Assembly (NCBI GenBank): GCA_951406725.2
Contig: OX597819.1
Span: 92,876,001-92,940,000, forward strand
DNA from: Octopus vulgaris
Lineage: Eukaryota
DNA: 64,000 nt
Direction: 5' to 3'
The translations under genes and the position numbers were made by a program. The notes beneath the pieces were generated by a model that had not been told where the DNA came from, did not search any database, and saw only the letters and a list, made by a program, of their open reading frames with translations. Positions 42,001 to 58,400 of the stretch are shown one piece after another (position 1 is the stretch's first letter; every line of letters begins with the position of its first letter).

Positions 42001-45000
42001 CCATTATTTTGCTTTCACACACAACACTGGCCTCTAATAGAAAATGTGTTAGGATCAAATCCGAACAGATATGACGGCGAAAGAAGCTTGTTACTCTCAC
42101 ACAGCTTAGTCATACGCCATTTCTATACTTCTAATTCAGTGGGAGAGCCTCTATTTTAACAATTTATGCTTGTATATTAATTAGATACTTTTAGTGTTGC
42201 AAATGACTCTTTGTCATAGGGAGTATCCGGGAAATCTGAAAATACTTTGCTAACTAGAAGTAACTCCTATTTTGTTACGAAGAATATGTAACGTTAATTT
42301 AGTAGTGAAGTCCGTACATGTGACTTACTATACAAGTTAGAATGTAGACGTAATAATAGAACAGCAATACTACTCATTTATATGAAATCATTGCCATTCT
42401 TTTTTTTTTTTTTTGCTAGCAATAATTGATCACATTGTGATTTGGAAATGATAGAGAGAGGGAAATTAAAAGTATTTGCGTCTGCCAAATCTAGATTATT
42501 TAACATCAAGACACTCACTACAGTAGATATAGCTGCGGCGGATGAAACTAGCTTTTAACATCCACTGTTTAGGAATAACAGCGTTTCTTTTCAGCCAAGA
42601 TATTGTCTTTCCAGAGATTTCGTATATAATATCTCTATATTCTTGGCACTGTCACTATTGAAATTTTTTTACAGAAGTATTTTTAGGTTTCTTTTTGATG
42701 TTTGTTCTTGTTTTTGCTGGTTTCGAATCGATCAGGACAAGTCATTTCATACTTGTTCTAATTTTATTCTTAGTTTACTTTATCTTTTATCTTTACTTTG
42801 ATATTTATTCGATATTTTGTTCCTCTATATAGATTTTAATTTCATTCACAGTACTCTTTTTAGGGGTTTAACTTTTATTTGCCTAATTACTCAATAGCAT
42901 GGTCGATACTTTTTACTCTGCACAGAACACAAAATAGTGAACACAAGAGAAAACATCTTGGAGCCATGAATCAATGGTTTCACTAAATACTTTCCACTTT
43001 TGTTGAATCTTATCTGCATTAGAAGGATTGGCATATACAAATTAAAAAGAGTAGCAAACAATAAGAGAAATGCATTATGTACTGATTGTAGTGAAGCCAC
43101 ATTTATGCCAGCTAGAATTTACGTATCCTCTTATTCTGGATATGTATATGTGTGTGTTTGTCTGAAAGTGTATGTGTGTGTGTGTGTATTGCAAGTTTTG
43201 AAGCTTTTCGTCTCGATAAGAATCCAAATTACATCATAATGAAATATATTCTGCCTCAAAGCTGTACGGTACAAACACTGATGTTTGCATGTGTTACAAT
43301 ATTATTGCGGTTCAATGTTTTAGTTATTTCATCGGCGCATGAAAAATGAAAGACAATGTTGGTTCACTCCGAATTTAGATTCAGAACATTAAAATGAATA
43401 TTTTAATAGTTCGAGGCCTTTTCATGTGCTAAACCACTTCTAATATTCTTTATTTTCAGGAACATGTTGAAACAAACTAATTCTCATTGTCAGACAAGTT
43501 ACCGTTACTTAGATGATTCTCTATCAAAAGAACGCAAAATAAAGCGTAAAAAACCCAGAATGTTAACTTCTTTGATCGCAACAAAGATCTAAGAATAAGT
43601 GACATCGTGGTAAGAATTAAGTAAAGATATACAAAAATACAATTTATTCTTGTGCCGAATTAACTTTCAAACCCTAAAAGTTTACAGGATAATATATCTT
43701 TTAAAACTTATGGAGTGGAAGTGCAAAACAGAGATATATATAAATATAATGTTCCGCGTTCGAACTGGAGAACAAGCCGTTCGCTGTGTTTAGTCATGGA
43801 GAAAATTTCTAGCCGTTGACAAATGTTGTGGATACACCTACATTAGTTCGCAGCGCTATCTAGCTAAACTGAGAGATGCTAGTATTTCGGGGTAGTTGTC
43901 TACTCTTTGGTTACCGGCTGCAGGTAGGTGACGCTGCGAACTGATCAAATGGAATGTTTCTCTTATGCTATTTGAGTCACCGTTCGACGACTGATAGTGC
44001 TAAGCCGTTGATCACCGTAAGTAAATTATGGAGTGAGAGCGCTTAGCGGTGATATGTATAAATGTGATATTATTACCAGTTCAAATATGGTATTTTGAAA
44101 GAGAGAAAACTAGAACTCAGTACTTAAGTAGTACTTTATTCGTCGAACTCGTAAAGTTGGCAGTTAAACTGAAACCGGTGGTATTTGAAATCAGAGCGTA
44201 GAATCGGAATAATGCCACAAAATATTCTACCAGAATCTCTATCAATTCTGCCAATTTCCGTTCCGATACATTGCATAGAAGTAAAATACCTGACACATGT
44301 AGAATGTCCTATTTTTAAATATTGGTTGATACACTGTATTAGGTAAATTTTAAAAATCACATAAGGTAATGCTTTGGGAGATTTATTCGTATGAATTTGT
44401 CACATTAAGGAATTATCCTCTCACAGGAATATTCTGACATACTCAGACTCAGGCTGAGATAACGGATTACCTTGTCAGGTTAGCTTTTACATGCCCAGTA
44501 TCACAAACTGAAGATAAAAATACTGAAAAGAAGATATGTAGAAGAGGAACAGCTTATTAATGGAAATGTACAAAGAGTATTTAAATCATAAGATTTCCCA
44601 GAGAAATGATAACATTTCTCAGGAAAAAAGACTACATTAAGTATACTACATGAAATGAAAAGCATTATTTTGCAAAAGTCAGTATTATCGCACGACAACA
44701 TATTTTAGTGAAGTTATGAGTTCATCAAATATAATGAAAATCATGAATACAATGAAGTATCTGAAAATATCTCGCGAAGATTCTATAGAAAAATATGACA
44801 TTCCCGGAAAATCATAGGCAACAAACACTGTTATTATGGAAAGAGAAAGACTGTTGTCAATAGATAGAATGGCTTATCAGAAGGTAAAACCAGAATTAAA
44901 GAGATGTTCTGTAATCCAATAACAGCCATGTAAAGGTTTCTGACAACAATATGAAAACAGCAAACGGTAACTCACTAAAGCTGAAGTATTTATCTTGCCA

Positions 45001-48000
45001 TACACTCAAAATCTCTTAAAGTAGACAGTCAGCGTTCCATTACATCGCGAATATTAACAACCATAGCGAATCAACACGATTTCAGAAAAGGTAAGACCAT
45101 ATTTATTCCGACGCTCTGCAATCTATAAATAGTACTAGGATCAAGTTCATCTTCCTTTTTTTTTCAACAAGTGATAAAATGAATAGGGGTCAAATAATTA
45201 AAATGTCTGTCGAGATACCAAAAGATATTTGTTCTGGTTCTTTGATCTCTGAATTTGTGGTAGAAAGTATTTTTCGCGCTAAAAGTGTTCGAGACAGGTC
45301 TCAACTTTAAGGATAACTGTTTCCTTTCCACACATCAGTCTCAAATAATTCTGAAAATAGAATTCATAGGTACGTTTCTTTCTTATTAAAATAGAGTGAA
45401 ATATGTGCCTTGAAATATGCTGGCGAAGGCAATCTTTAAAATTATGCATGCATGACGTAACTGAAAGGAAACGTAGACATATCTAACGTTTTACATTCTG
45501 ACTAATTTTCCTCGGCCAGTGGAGTTTCAAGAAAAAGTGATGTGAATGTAAAGACTAACAGCTCATTAAAGAAATGATTGTCTGAGAGTAGTAGATAATC
45601 AAAAGGTTATGTAAAACGCAGATAGACTGTAAAATTGTTTGTGACAAATCCCACACTCCTGAATTTTCAAATCACTGCATAGAAAAATCACATACAATAT
45701 TTAGGTTATATGTCAAGCATATCATGAAAACCTAGATGAAATGATAGTGGTTTGATCAATCTCCATCAGAAGGAGAATATTTCAAAGTTTATTTAATTCT
45801 ATTTTTATGCTTGCCACTTGACATTCGGATCAAATCTGCTAAATGTAATCGGATGTATGTTTTTCTTTCATGTTCCATCTCCTCTTCACTCGTTCTCCTG
45901 GGCTGTTAAGACTCTAATCTGAACGATTCTATGTCAACAAGTCAACTGATCAAGAGATTATCCTTAGAAGCAACAAAGAAATCTTCATTTATAGTGAAAT
46001 TTATTGGATTTCACGGGATGTTAGACATCACTTTCTATAGCAGGTAATTGTCAATCAATTCAGTTACGCTTTAATTGATACAACAGGTTCATTCTTGTAG
46101 GTAATAAAACTATTCAACTGACAGTCAGTTTAATTGGTTATACTAGAACATTTTCTCTTTTTTAAGTTATTAGATTTATCGAGATACAGACTTTCGGGTT
46201 AGGTCCACGCTTCATAACATTTCTCAGAAGTTTGCCAGATTTCACACAATTTTATTGTGCCATTTTGTGTAGTAAAACTAAATAATGCCAGTCAACTGTA
46301 CTGAGTTTTATAGATTTTTCTTCATAGAATTTAAAAGTACTGTAAATCTTTGCCAGGCAGTTATCTTACATATAACAATCATTTAAGTCAACAATGAACG
46401 CGAAAAATATTTCCTGCGCCAAATATCAACACTTGCTTTCTTTTAATGTGTTTGTGTTAGTTAAAAACAATAGTATCTCACGTGATTTTATCGTGGCCAT
46501 TCTCTGAAGCTGGCAGAAATATTGTCAGTGAAATTTATTGAAACTTAATGGTATTTGGCCGTAAGAGCCAAACTGATATTCTATCCTTTAAGATTTTGCC
46601 TGATCATTTTTCTGTAGCCGCTACAATTAGGTTAGAGTCAAATCAGTGACACTGTGTCTCATCATTTGTATTCAGTCGACAAAAACGTTTATTGCGTAAC
46701 ACTTTTGAAAGAATTGTGATTAATTTAGCTTCTTCTTCTTCATCCCCTCCCATTCATTTATTTATTTATTTAATTGCATTGCTATCATCGTTTCTCACAT
46801 CGTTATCTCCCTTTCATTCAAGGCAAACCATCAGGGGCGAAAAAGCCTATTGATGTTCTCCTTTATCATTACACTTTCACTATATCGCAATCTTTATTTC
46901 ATACTTAAACTACTACCCCACCCTTTCACACCTTAACTAAATTTTCCTCTTTTATGCTCACCATACTTTTTCTCAGTGACGATCCTTATTTTTCTTCTTC
47001 CTTTTTTTCTCTACCTCTCCCAAATCTCTCTCGTTCTTGCTTCATCGCTTTAACATTTCTATTTTATTTCAGGTTGTTTATGGAGACACTCACTCTTTCC
47101 CTGCTTACTCTTTACTCTCCCATGCCTTCTCTCTATCTCTTGATAACATTTACTTTCTTTATTCCTATTTCATTTTAACTCCTTATTCACTTTCTCATAC
47201 TCTCGTCTCTTTTCTATTTTTCTATTATCAAGTTTATCTTACCATTCCTTCCTTCACCGAATTTTATCTCGCTTTCTTTTAAGTTTTCTATCCAATTTAT
47301 CATAGCTTGTTAATCCCTCTCTCTCTCTTTCTCTTACACACATAAATACACACACACACATATACACAAACATACACACATGCACGAACAAGTACATATT
47401 CCAACATTTCTCTCATTATTTTTGTCACTTCGATTTCTCTTTTTCACATTTGCCTCATTCTTTTGCTGCTTAGAACCCATTCTATCATTCTTTTCTTTTC
47501 CCATTTTCTCTCCCTCTCTCTCTCTCCCTCTCCCCCTCTTTAATCGATGTCAGTACCACTTCTCAAAACTCTTCTTCTCTGCCTAGTTTTATCTGTTACA
47601 TCATCTGTCGCTCTGTGAATTTCTCATTTCTCTTTTCTTCATATTTTGGATCTATGCTATGTTGTTTCTTTCTTTTGTTCTCAAGTTTTTTTCCCTTTTA
47701 TTTCACTTCCTTCATCATGAGGAACCTTTTCTAATATTTCTCATCAATCCTGCTTCTTTAATCAATCTCGTTTTCTTTTCTTAAGTGAATTTGAACGAAA
47801 ACTTTATCTTTCTCCTCCATCTTTCCTTATTTTCTCTCTCTTTTCAAATATCTGCTTTATCTCCCCTTTCTTTCATAATACCTGCTTTTCTACCCATTAC
47901 TTCCTAATATATCTACAATACAAAAAGTAACGGCAGTATCGCTTGAAGAGAATAAGAGAGTTAGAAGAAAAAAAATTAAAATATGAGCTAAACGCTACAC

Positions 48001-48103
48001 ACTGTTAAATTTATTCCTCATCTTTTCTGCTCTCATTGCCATTTCGTTATATCCATCTTATTTGTATATGACGTTGCATATACGTGAGTCCTTGTGTGTG
48101 TGC

Positions 48104-48143
<40 letters not shown>

Positions 48144-48841
48144 TTCAGTTTTGGAAGAGATTCTTCTAATTATTCGATCAGCGGAACGACTAACCTTTTG
48201 AAATGTAAGTGTATAACAATTTCACCGATGCATTCTCGCTCATGTAATTATAAGGAAAGTACGTGTGACAATGCGACCACTTTGAATTACAAGTACAATA
48301 CAGTCCTGCTGAGATTCCAAGCAATTTCCGTCAACATGATATCACTGAAAAATCTTGGTTCTAAACTGGGGGGCATGTAAGATTTTTTGGCGTCCATTCA
48401 ACAAAATAATAAATTGGTGATTTGCAATAGTATTTTAAGGGCTTCTGAAAGAATTTTACTTCAGATGTACGTATTGGTATGCAAGAAACATCTATGTTTC
48501 TCTAACATTTAATATGCTTCAATCTATACAAATTAATGTGTGGAAAACAACAAAACAGGAATTTTGAAAGAAGTTTCTATAAAATAAATTTTTAATCATC
48601 GAATGGCTATGGGGGTCCACCAGAATAAAACAGTAATCAAAGGGGTCCATAGAAATGATTGAGAACCCTTGGGCTAAAGTTAAAAAAAAACACCAAATCA
48701 CCCAAATAACTTCAGAGCTGACTACAACAGGGAATCCCATGGCTGCAAAGATAACTTCCGAAGCGTTCGGCCACAACTACTTCCATCTAGAATCATATAC
48801 ACTTACATATATATATAGATATACACACATACATACACACG

Positions 48842-48883
<42 letters not shown>

Positions 48884-49596
48884 AGCATGCCTCCATATTT
48901 AGGTAAGCCCATGTGGAACTGTCAGTATTATTGTTTCACATATCAAGATTTTTGTCTCTGTTTCCAATTCATTTCTTTCTTTTCTTATTCTCTTTCAATA
49001 AATTTTAGTCTCACCTATCCAGCTCGATTGAAAGAGAACTCCACTTCCATTGCTAGTGTTTCTTTAAGTATTTTAATAGTTTCAAGTAACGAAAGGAATG
49101 TTTCGAATTTCGCCAGAACAATTACACAGTCACACACGCACACACATAAACAAACATAAACTCACATATACACAGATACATATATACATACACGCAAACA
49201 TACAACTTGATGTTATTGTTGGAGTTGATTTTCCATTGGTAGCGGTGGTATTGGAAAAGATGCTGTGGTTGGCTCCGCTGCAGTTGCTGCTGGCAGTGTG
49301 TTTTTGAGTTTATTCCCCAATCTTATAGTTATTTCTTTAGTTCTTTACTTCATGTTTTTATTTTTCAGTTATTTTTCATTCATTTCTCATTTGTTTTGGT
49401 TTTTCCAATAATTGTGAATTCTTGGCACATGATTGTTCCAACACACGTTGGGTTTTCAAAGGGGCTCAAGTTACATAATTTCGTGTATATATATATATAT
49501 ATTTATATACGCATGCATATATTATGTTATATATATTTATACAAACACGCATATAATATATATATATATATAGAGAGAGAGAGAGGGAGAGAAACA

Positions 49597-49767
<171 letters not shown>

Positions 49768-51713
49768 ATGTGAAACTTAACTTATGAATATGTGCAACAA
49801 TATATGTTCAGTTAAAGTATAATAACAAAAACATTTATTCTGTGGAAACATATTTATATTCTTATTTTCATACATTTAAATACATAGAATAAAACGATAG
49901 AATAAAAAATTTAGTTTGTTTTAATACCCTTCCAGCGCCGCCGTGAGCGCTACCTCTTTTGCACAATGTGGTAAATATACTACTAGCATTGCCCAAAAGA
50001 CTTTAACATCAGATTCAGAATTCATCCAAGGTTGAGGTCATGTGTCATGCGCTCCCTAAACAATTCTAACTCATAGCATATAAACTCACTGCAAAACGAT
50101 TTCTTTTGCTCAGCAGGCCCTGCTATACTTAACATTATCCCAAAGCTAATAATAGAAGAAAAAGATCCCATCACCTTCAAGTGAAATCTGGACATATTTC
50201 TTCTAGGGATAGCTGACAAGCCATCTATAACTGAATACACTTCAGTCAACAACAGCTCCCTACTTGAATAGTCCATAATACTATAAAACTTCACTTTAAA
50301 TTGACTTAACACCTCATATCAGATGGCGCTATTGAGTTAGAAATGGCCTCGCTCAATATTTGGTTGCAAAATAGCTAAATTATGAAAGTTACTTAAGTAC
50401 TAGAGTCCATACGTTCGATTAAATTTCTGGAATCGGTACGTTAAGTGTGTTTAAGAATGTGAAGCATTTTCAAAATTTTCTCGTTGGGTAATTCTGTGTG
50501 CCCTGCTCATAACTGCAAAGGTTCCGTAGAGTGTAACATAACATTAGTAATAAGAAGTATGGAGATTCGTGCACCGATAATTTATTTTACAGTTATTTAC
50601 AGAATGCTGCTATGACCTACACGTCTTTCCACTGCAGCGACTGCACACTGTCGTAGATGCAACCTTGTCATATTGTCAGTATAGTTTCATGAGGTTCTGT
50701 AACCGAGTCCGCTTCGAATTAAACTCAAAGTAAGTGTTTGTTGTTTAGTGTTCAGTAGAAGGTAGGGGTGTTGCTATTTATAAGAACTTGACCTAGAGTT
50801 TACTCCTGCCTTGGAAACCCTTGTAGGTCAAGGTAATATGTTGTATATAACTGTAAAATGAATCATCAATGTGCAAATCTCCATTCTTCTTATTAATGTT
50901 ATGTACATATATATGCATATATTCACAAACATATATGTATACATACAATACATACATACATGCGTACATATGAATTGTATACAAGTATATATTATATGTA
51001 TTTAATAAATTTATATAAGTTTTATATGTTACAGGCACGCACACATATACACCCACATTTCCATATATGTAATGGTATGATAAACAGAGTTCTATATTCT
51101 AAGCAAAAATATTTGGATCTGTCTAAAACGATAGCAAGATATGAAAAACTCCAATTTTTATATATTTTCATAAAATATTGCTTTGACTTACACCAAGTTG
51201 CTCAACGTACATGGCTCATGCTACAGAAGCATTTATTCAATGCTATAAACACCCATCCTCACGTTTATCACCGTTTAAAAGAAAAAGAAAAAAATACGTT
51301 CATGTCAGTTTTCGTCCCTATGTCTACCGTTGGCTTTCGCTATGACGACAATATTATTACTGCAATTATAATTGCAAAGCAAAAATAAAATAAGTAAAGG
51401 TGACTTAAACGAGACATGTTTCATGTATAGCAAGGGGAACATATCAAAGTAAAATTTGATTTCATTATTTTATTATACCTTTGAAATTTTTTGTAAACGT
51501 TTAAAAGTTTCTAACTGTTTTTAAAGTTATTTCAGAATATTTTCTGTCTTTTCTTTTCTTTTTTTTTGCTTTTTTTGCACTTCACTTTCATATTTCAATA
51601 TTTTATATCATTCAAACTTGCATGAGAAGTAAAATAAAAAATTAATTATTAGTTAATGATGACCTGTCTCTCTCTCACTCTCTATCTGTCTGACTCTCTC
51701 TCTTTATATACAT

Positions 51714-52598
<885 letters not shown>

Positions 52599-53339
52599 GT
52601 GAGTATGTGTACATGTGTCTATGCATGGATGTATATATGTATATCTGTATGCAGGTATGTATGTGTGTATGTCTATAAATACGACAAACTTCTTACAGTT
52701 TGCCTCTACCAAATACACTCATAAGGGATTATTTGTCCCGAGGCTTTGGTAGAAGACACGTGCCCAAGATGTCTCAATGGAACTGAACCCGGAACCATGT
52801 GGCCTGGAAGCAAACTTCTTACCTCACAACCTGCGACAATACATACATACATACATACATACATACATACATACATACATACATACATACATACATACAT
52901 ACATACGTATACATTTATATATACGCAAATCGTTTCAACTTCGTGACCTGATATACCTGCTCCATTAATCACTGTACGATTTCGATGTTGCCTCAGATAA
53001 CCCGCTATTTCGATAGGACAAGAAAGGCACTGAATATCAACGTAAATTTGATTAAAACTATAGATGTAACATTCACCAATTAAAATAATATTTTCTATCA
53101 TAGCGACGATATCGGATATTTATTGATTCCAGAGTGATAGATTTACACCAGTTGGGGCTCACTTCGAACAAAAGAACCCGGAAGTAATTATTTATATTCA
53201 GTGCAACGATTTCATGTATATATAACCTCACAACAATAACTAATATGGGTACTTGAACACATATATGAGAAACAGTAGATTTTATCGATGTCAGTAATTC
53301 ACTGTTATTTTGGTTTCTTTAATATTGAGAGATTAAAAA

Positions 53340-54060
53340 GGCGGTGTCTTAGCTATATTTTGTCTTTCTTTACGTCCTGAGTTCAAATTCCGCCGAGGTC
53401 GACTTTGCCATTCATCCTTTCGGGATCGATAAATTAAGTACCAGTTGCGTACTGGAGTTGATCTAGTCGGCTGGCCCCCTCCTCCAAAATTTCGGGCATT
53501 ATTCCTAGAGCAGAAAAGACCATTGACAGGTTATAAAGGTGGCGAGATGGCAGAAACGTTAGCACGCCGAGCGAGATGCTTAGCGGTATTTCGTCTACCG
53601 TTACGTTCTGAGTTCAAATTCCACCGAGGACTTTGCCTTTCATCCTTTCGGGGTCGATAAGTTAAGTACCTGTTACGCATTGGGGCCTATATAATCGACT
53701 TAATCCGTGTGTCTGTCCTTGTTTTTCCACTCTGTGTTTAGCCCCTTGTGGGTAGTAAAGAAATAGAAATAGGTATTTCGTCTGCCGTTACGTTCTGAGT
53801 TCAAATTCCGCTGAGGTCCACTTTGCCTTTCAGCCTTTCGGAGTCGATTAAATAAGTACCAGTTACGCCCTAGGGTAAACTTAATCCGTTTATCTGTCCT
53901 TGCTTGTCTCTCTGTGTTTAGCCCCTTGTGGGTAGTAAAGAAATAGCTATTTCATCTGTCTTTACGTTCTGAGTTCAAAATCAGCCAAGGTCGGCTTTGC
54001 CTTTCATCCTTTCTGGGTCGATAAATTAAGTACCAGTTGCATACTGGGGTATATCTAATC
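53340..54060 (+). mobile_element. Head-to-tail array of four major-SINE units
   Basis: CTGAGTTCAAA...CCTTTC..GGTCGAT...AAGTACC occurs four times. Confidence 0.9.
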
Positions 54061-54889
54061 ATATTACGTAAATGATAGTATTATGTTTATAATATTTGTC
54101 ATTCTAATAATTTTTCATAACAATTAATAAATAATATAAAGGCATTCACAAAATGGTGGAAGCGGTTGAATAGAATTTCTAAACGATGTTATTACTAAAC
54201 AGGATGGTAGCCTCTTTGTTTATACAACAGTTATCAGCAACAAACGTATAAATAAAGTAATTATAACACGAGGAGAATAATATAATACCGGTAAAAAGAA
54301 TACTAAAGAAAATCCATATATTTCATATTGATTTAGGCGATGAGAGCGACTTATACTCTGATTACGTCGTCATTTAAGTAGTCGATGATAAATTTCTGAA
54401 ATATAAATAGGCAATTCTACAGTGTTCAAGCACGCTTCGTCTTTCTAGTAATAGCTATTGAATTCACAGACTGATGAATTCTTTTGCGAATTTCGACTAG
54501 TTTACTTTACGTTAGATCAATGATTCACATGTTTAATTTATTTATCATATATTTCATAATTATTTACTAAATTCATATTAATTTATATTACTCATAAACT
54601 AGAGCGAAGAGAATATTCTCTGATGGATGTTAAATTCTATATAAAGTCATAATGGAAATAGATGCCTTTAATAGACATATTAAAACTGAAGACAAACATA
54701 ATCATTTTCAATTGATTGTTCTTGATCATGATAATGCTAACTTACTTATTCATCGATATATATATATACAAAATCATAAATGACAGAGAAATGGTTTGAT
54801 GAAATTTTATTCAACAATAAGAAAATTCATATATCGCGACAAATTGTTTCGGAACTTTAAAAAAATCATGTAAATAATTGAGATTATTA

Positions 54890-55442
54890 TCTATTATATA
54901 AATTCCGTTCTGTCTGTCTGTGTGTGTGTCTTCTAGGATCTCGGGTATCCTCCATCCGATTGTGCTCAAATTTGATATGTAGATACTGACGGAATCAAGA
55001 CATGTGTAAGTCTTGAAAAATTTACGAAAATCGATTCCAGATGAGAATGTAATCGATAAAGCCGTTTTTTGTCCTGCTTTTCTTCCGTCAACCTGTACAT
55101 ACCAGCACCTTCCATTTTTTGTTGTTTTTGTACTGATTAAAGACACGTTTCTTTCCTGCCAAGCTTACTGTTTAAACCACGTTTGTGTTCTCCCAGTCAA
55201 CAGCCTTATCATTACTGGTGCTTTAAACTCTTCGGTTGCATATTTGTGTGAATAAAATCGTTTTTCTTTGGAATAGAAAAACAGTCTATCTTTCCTTCTT
55301 TTGCTGGTGTCTCAAATTTAGGTTAAATCAGTGTTTCTCAAAGGGGAGGCCTATGGGACGGTCGGACAAGTTGTTTTGCGAAAGTTTGGTTTAAATGTTT
55401 GACAACTTAGCACCGTCCATTGCACGGGCGGCGTTTTGCTCG
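54890..55442 (+). mobile_element. Non-autonomous Helitron-like element
   Basis: 5' TCTATTATATAA after A; subterminal hairpin CCGTCCATTGCACGG then CTCG|T (variant of CTRR). Confidence 0.6.
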
Positions 55443-58400
55443 TATTTATTAATAAACGAATCCATATATTGTGACTTTGTGTGTGTGTTTGTTCCACCCA
55501 TCACAGGTGTTGGTGTGCTTACGTCCCTGTAACTTAGCGGTTCGGCAAAAGAGACCGATAGAATAAGTACCAGGCTTAAGAAATAACTCACAGGGTCAAG
55601 GCTATTTTCCAGCATGGCCTCGGTCAACTGACTGAAAGAAGTGAAAAATAGAAGAGTGAAGTAAATATATGTGTATGTATATATATATATTTATGTATGT
55701 ATATATCAAAATGAAACAATAAGTTGGAAAATGTTTTGGTAATATTTACTTACCATTACGCACGTTTTATTTGCTAATAGGAATCACAGACTTGTAGCTC
55801 ACATCAATACGACAACAACATATTAAATTGAAATATTGTGTAATAATAAGATGTTCTGAAGAAGACAGTATGGATTGTACCATACTTATATTATATAAAT
55901 ATGTATATGTGTATATACATATATACATATATATATATATATGGGGGTCTATATATATACGTACGTATATATACAGATATGTGTGTGTGTGTTTGTATTT
56001 GTTTGTATGTGTGTGTGTGTTTGTATTTGTTTGTATGTGTGTGTGCGTATGTGCATGTACGACAAATGGTTTACTAAAGATTTCTTTAAAATATATCGAT
56101 GATATTTTCAAAACGAGAAGAAAATAGCCGATTGAAATTGCATCACAATAATTCGGTGATTTATCCATTGGCCCTGGAGTTACGAAATATAAAGTCAATC
56201 ACAGAGGTGGACTGACTATTTATGAAGTACATTGTACTCTAGTTTAACAGCAAATTCATCAAGTGCCTTTTTGTTTACTTCTGTCTTAGAATTGATTTTC
56301 ATGTCCTTGCCTTCTGGCTTCGTATTCAAAGATAAAGGGCTTGAAAAGAAATTTTGATATGAAAAGATATTTATTGCTTTTCTTTCTTTCATAATAGAAA
56401 GTGAAGGGCCTATTGCATTTGCATGAGAATAGAGCAATGTGTGTGAGTTTCTGTTTGCGTGTGGCCATGTGTTGGTGTGCGTGTACGTGCATGTGAATTC
56501 CTTAATGTAAAGACTTGCTATTATAACTGAAGGAAAACATCGTATTTATGTAATGTATCCATTGCAAGTTATTCCTGCTTTTTAAAAGCCTAGTTGAGAA
56601 TAATAGCGCACACCAACGAAATATCTATACCTGTAGAACATCACTTCATTTCTCCCAACAGTTTTATTTATTCACGTTTGGCATTTATATCGTGTCAGAC
56701 GATAATACCACTCCATAAGTACCTCGATACGAACTCCCAACCTTTCCTCTGGTTATTGAAAATCTAATAGGCCTAACAGCTGTTACATTCTCATTCCTTC
56801 TGTTTTTACAAAGGAAATTCACTACTGTTCCTGTCATATATTCTCTCATCATCACTCAGAGTCTTAATGGAAAGCGATGAAGAGAAATACTCAGGACCTT
56901 TTTTTTATAGGGCTTTCGTAATTCATGGTCAAATAGAGATGAAGAAAACGCTGCTAAATTCGTTTTACTAGTAGAAAAGAGCACACAGCAATAGTGATTT
57001 ATCTACTAAATGATAGTTTAAATGGTTCGATGAGAGTGGAGTCTGTTAAAGGTTTCCGATTCTCGTTAGTGGTATTAAACTGAGTAATTTCTACACTCAC
57101 ATAAGGTCGGATACAATCTTTCCGTCAGTTTCTATCTATTTAAACTCATCCACAGATATTTGCTTTATTGATATTAGAAGCAAAGGGAGGGGAATACCCC
57201 ACCTAAGATACTACGCAGTGAGATTTAGCTGGCGAAATCGTGATTATGGAACGAAATCTTGACCACAAAACCATACTGGCGCTCAGGTTCTTTGTATTTC
57301 CCTTTGCCCCATGTTAGCTGGACACATGATTTTCAGAGAATATATATTTAGTTAAATTCACTAGCATAGGTCTGAAGAACTTCAGTTGCTCTGAGGCTCT
57401 TTTTTAACTTAAGCATGTTTTCATTCATCGTAGTAGAATTCTGTTTAATTTAGATGTAGTTCTTATCGCAATAATGCAAGAATTGATATTTGCCTTGTGA
57501 GTTCAAAGGGAGGTGGGCGATATGTCAATGTTGCTGTCATTGAAAAGAGCAGTTAAATCACCCACAAATTATATTCTACTCTCTTAAAATTAGAAAGTTT
57601 GGAAATGGTTGTGGGTGGAATTAACTATCAACTATAACAACGAAACAAGATAAAGTGTGCGGGAGTGGGGGAGGGGCACTTGTTTATAGCAAAATATTAT
57701 ATATATTATATATTACATATATTATATATCACTTTTGGTTACTGAAATTGTTCATTGATTTAATCCTATTTCCTTTGCAAAATTAGTTGATTCACCATAA
57801 ACAGTAGATAGATTCTCTTTACAATCAGACGGGTCCAGGATCAATCCCACTATATGAATTATTGAAACAAGTTTAAGTTTTCTAGCATAACATCAGATTA
57901 ACCAGTGTTATCTGAAATTGTGTCGACGGAAGCTGGATGGAAAAACCCATCGAACATATCATAATTAGTCTTGGATTGCAGACCTTTTTGTTCAAAATTT
58001 TTATACACCACCCTGTGGCATCTATGTGTGTTTAGTGGTGCCTACCTTATTACAAACACTAGCCACCTCCATGTCGCCAAAAATGACGGCTAATTGTAGT
58101 ATTTTATATATAAATATGGATGGTAATTCAAATTAATACACTTGTCAATGTTCACATACATTCACATACTTCCCTTGTACACGCAAACACATACACACAT
58201 ATACACGCGCAGAATTGAAACGCTGTTTGATTTTTCTTTTCAGAATTGAATGTTCACCATATCACTACTTGTTTTCCATCACCACTTTCTTCCTTATTCA
58301 TCTATCACCCCTTCCTTTCTCATGCATATGTTGTGACGGTAAAAAACACAAGTATATTATTATAGTAGATTTTTACCAGATCGCTAGTCTAAAGGTGGGT

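Noticed and set aside
50022-50312. 96-aa minus-strand ORF in unique-looking DNA
   Set aside because: No recognisable motif or convincing gene structure.
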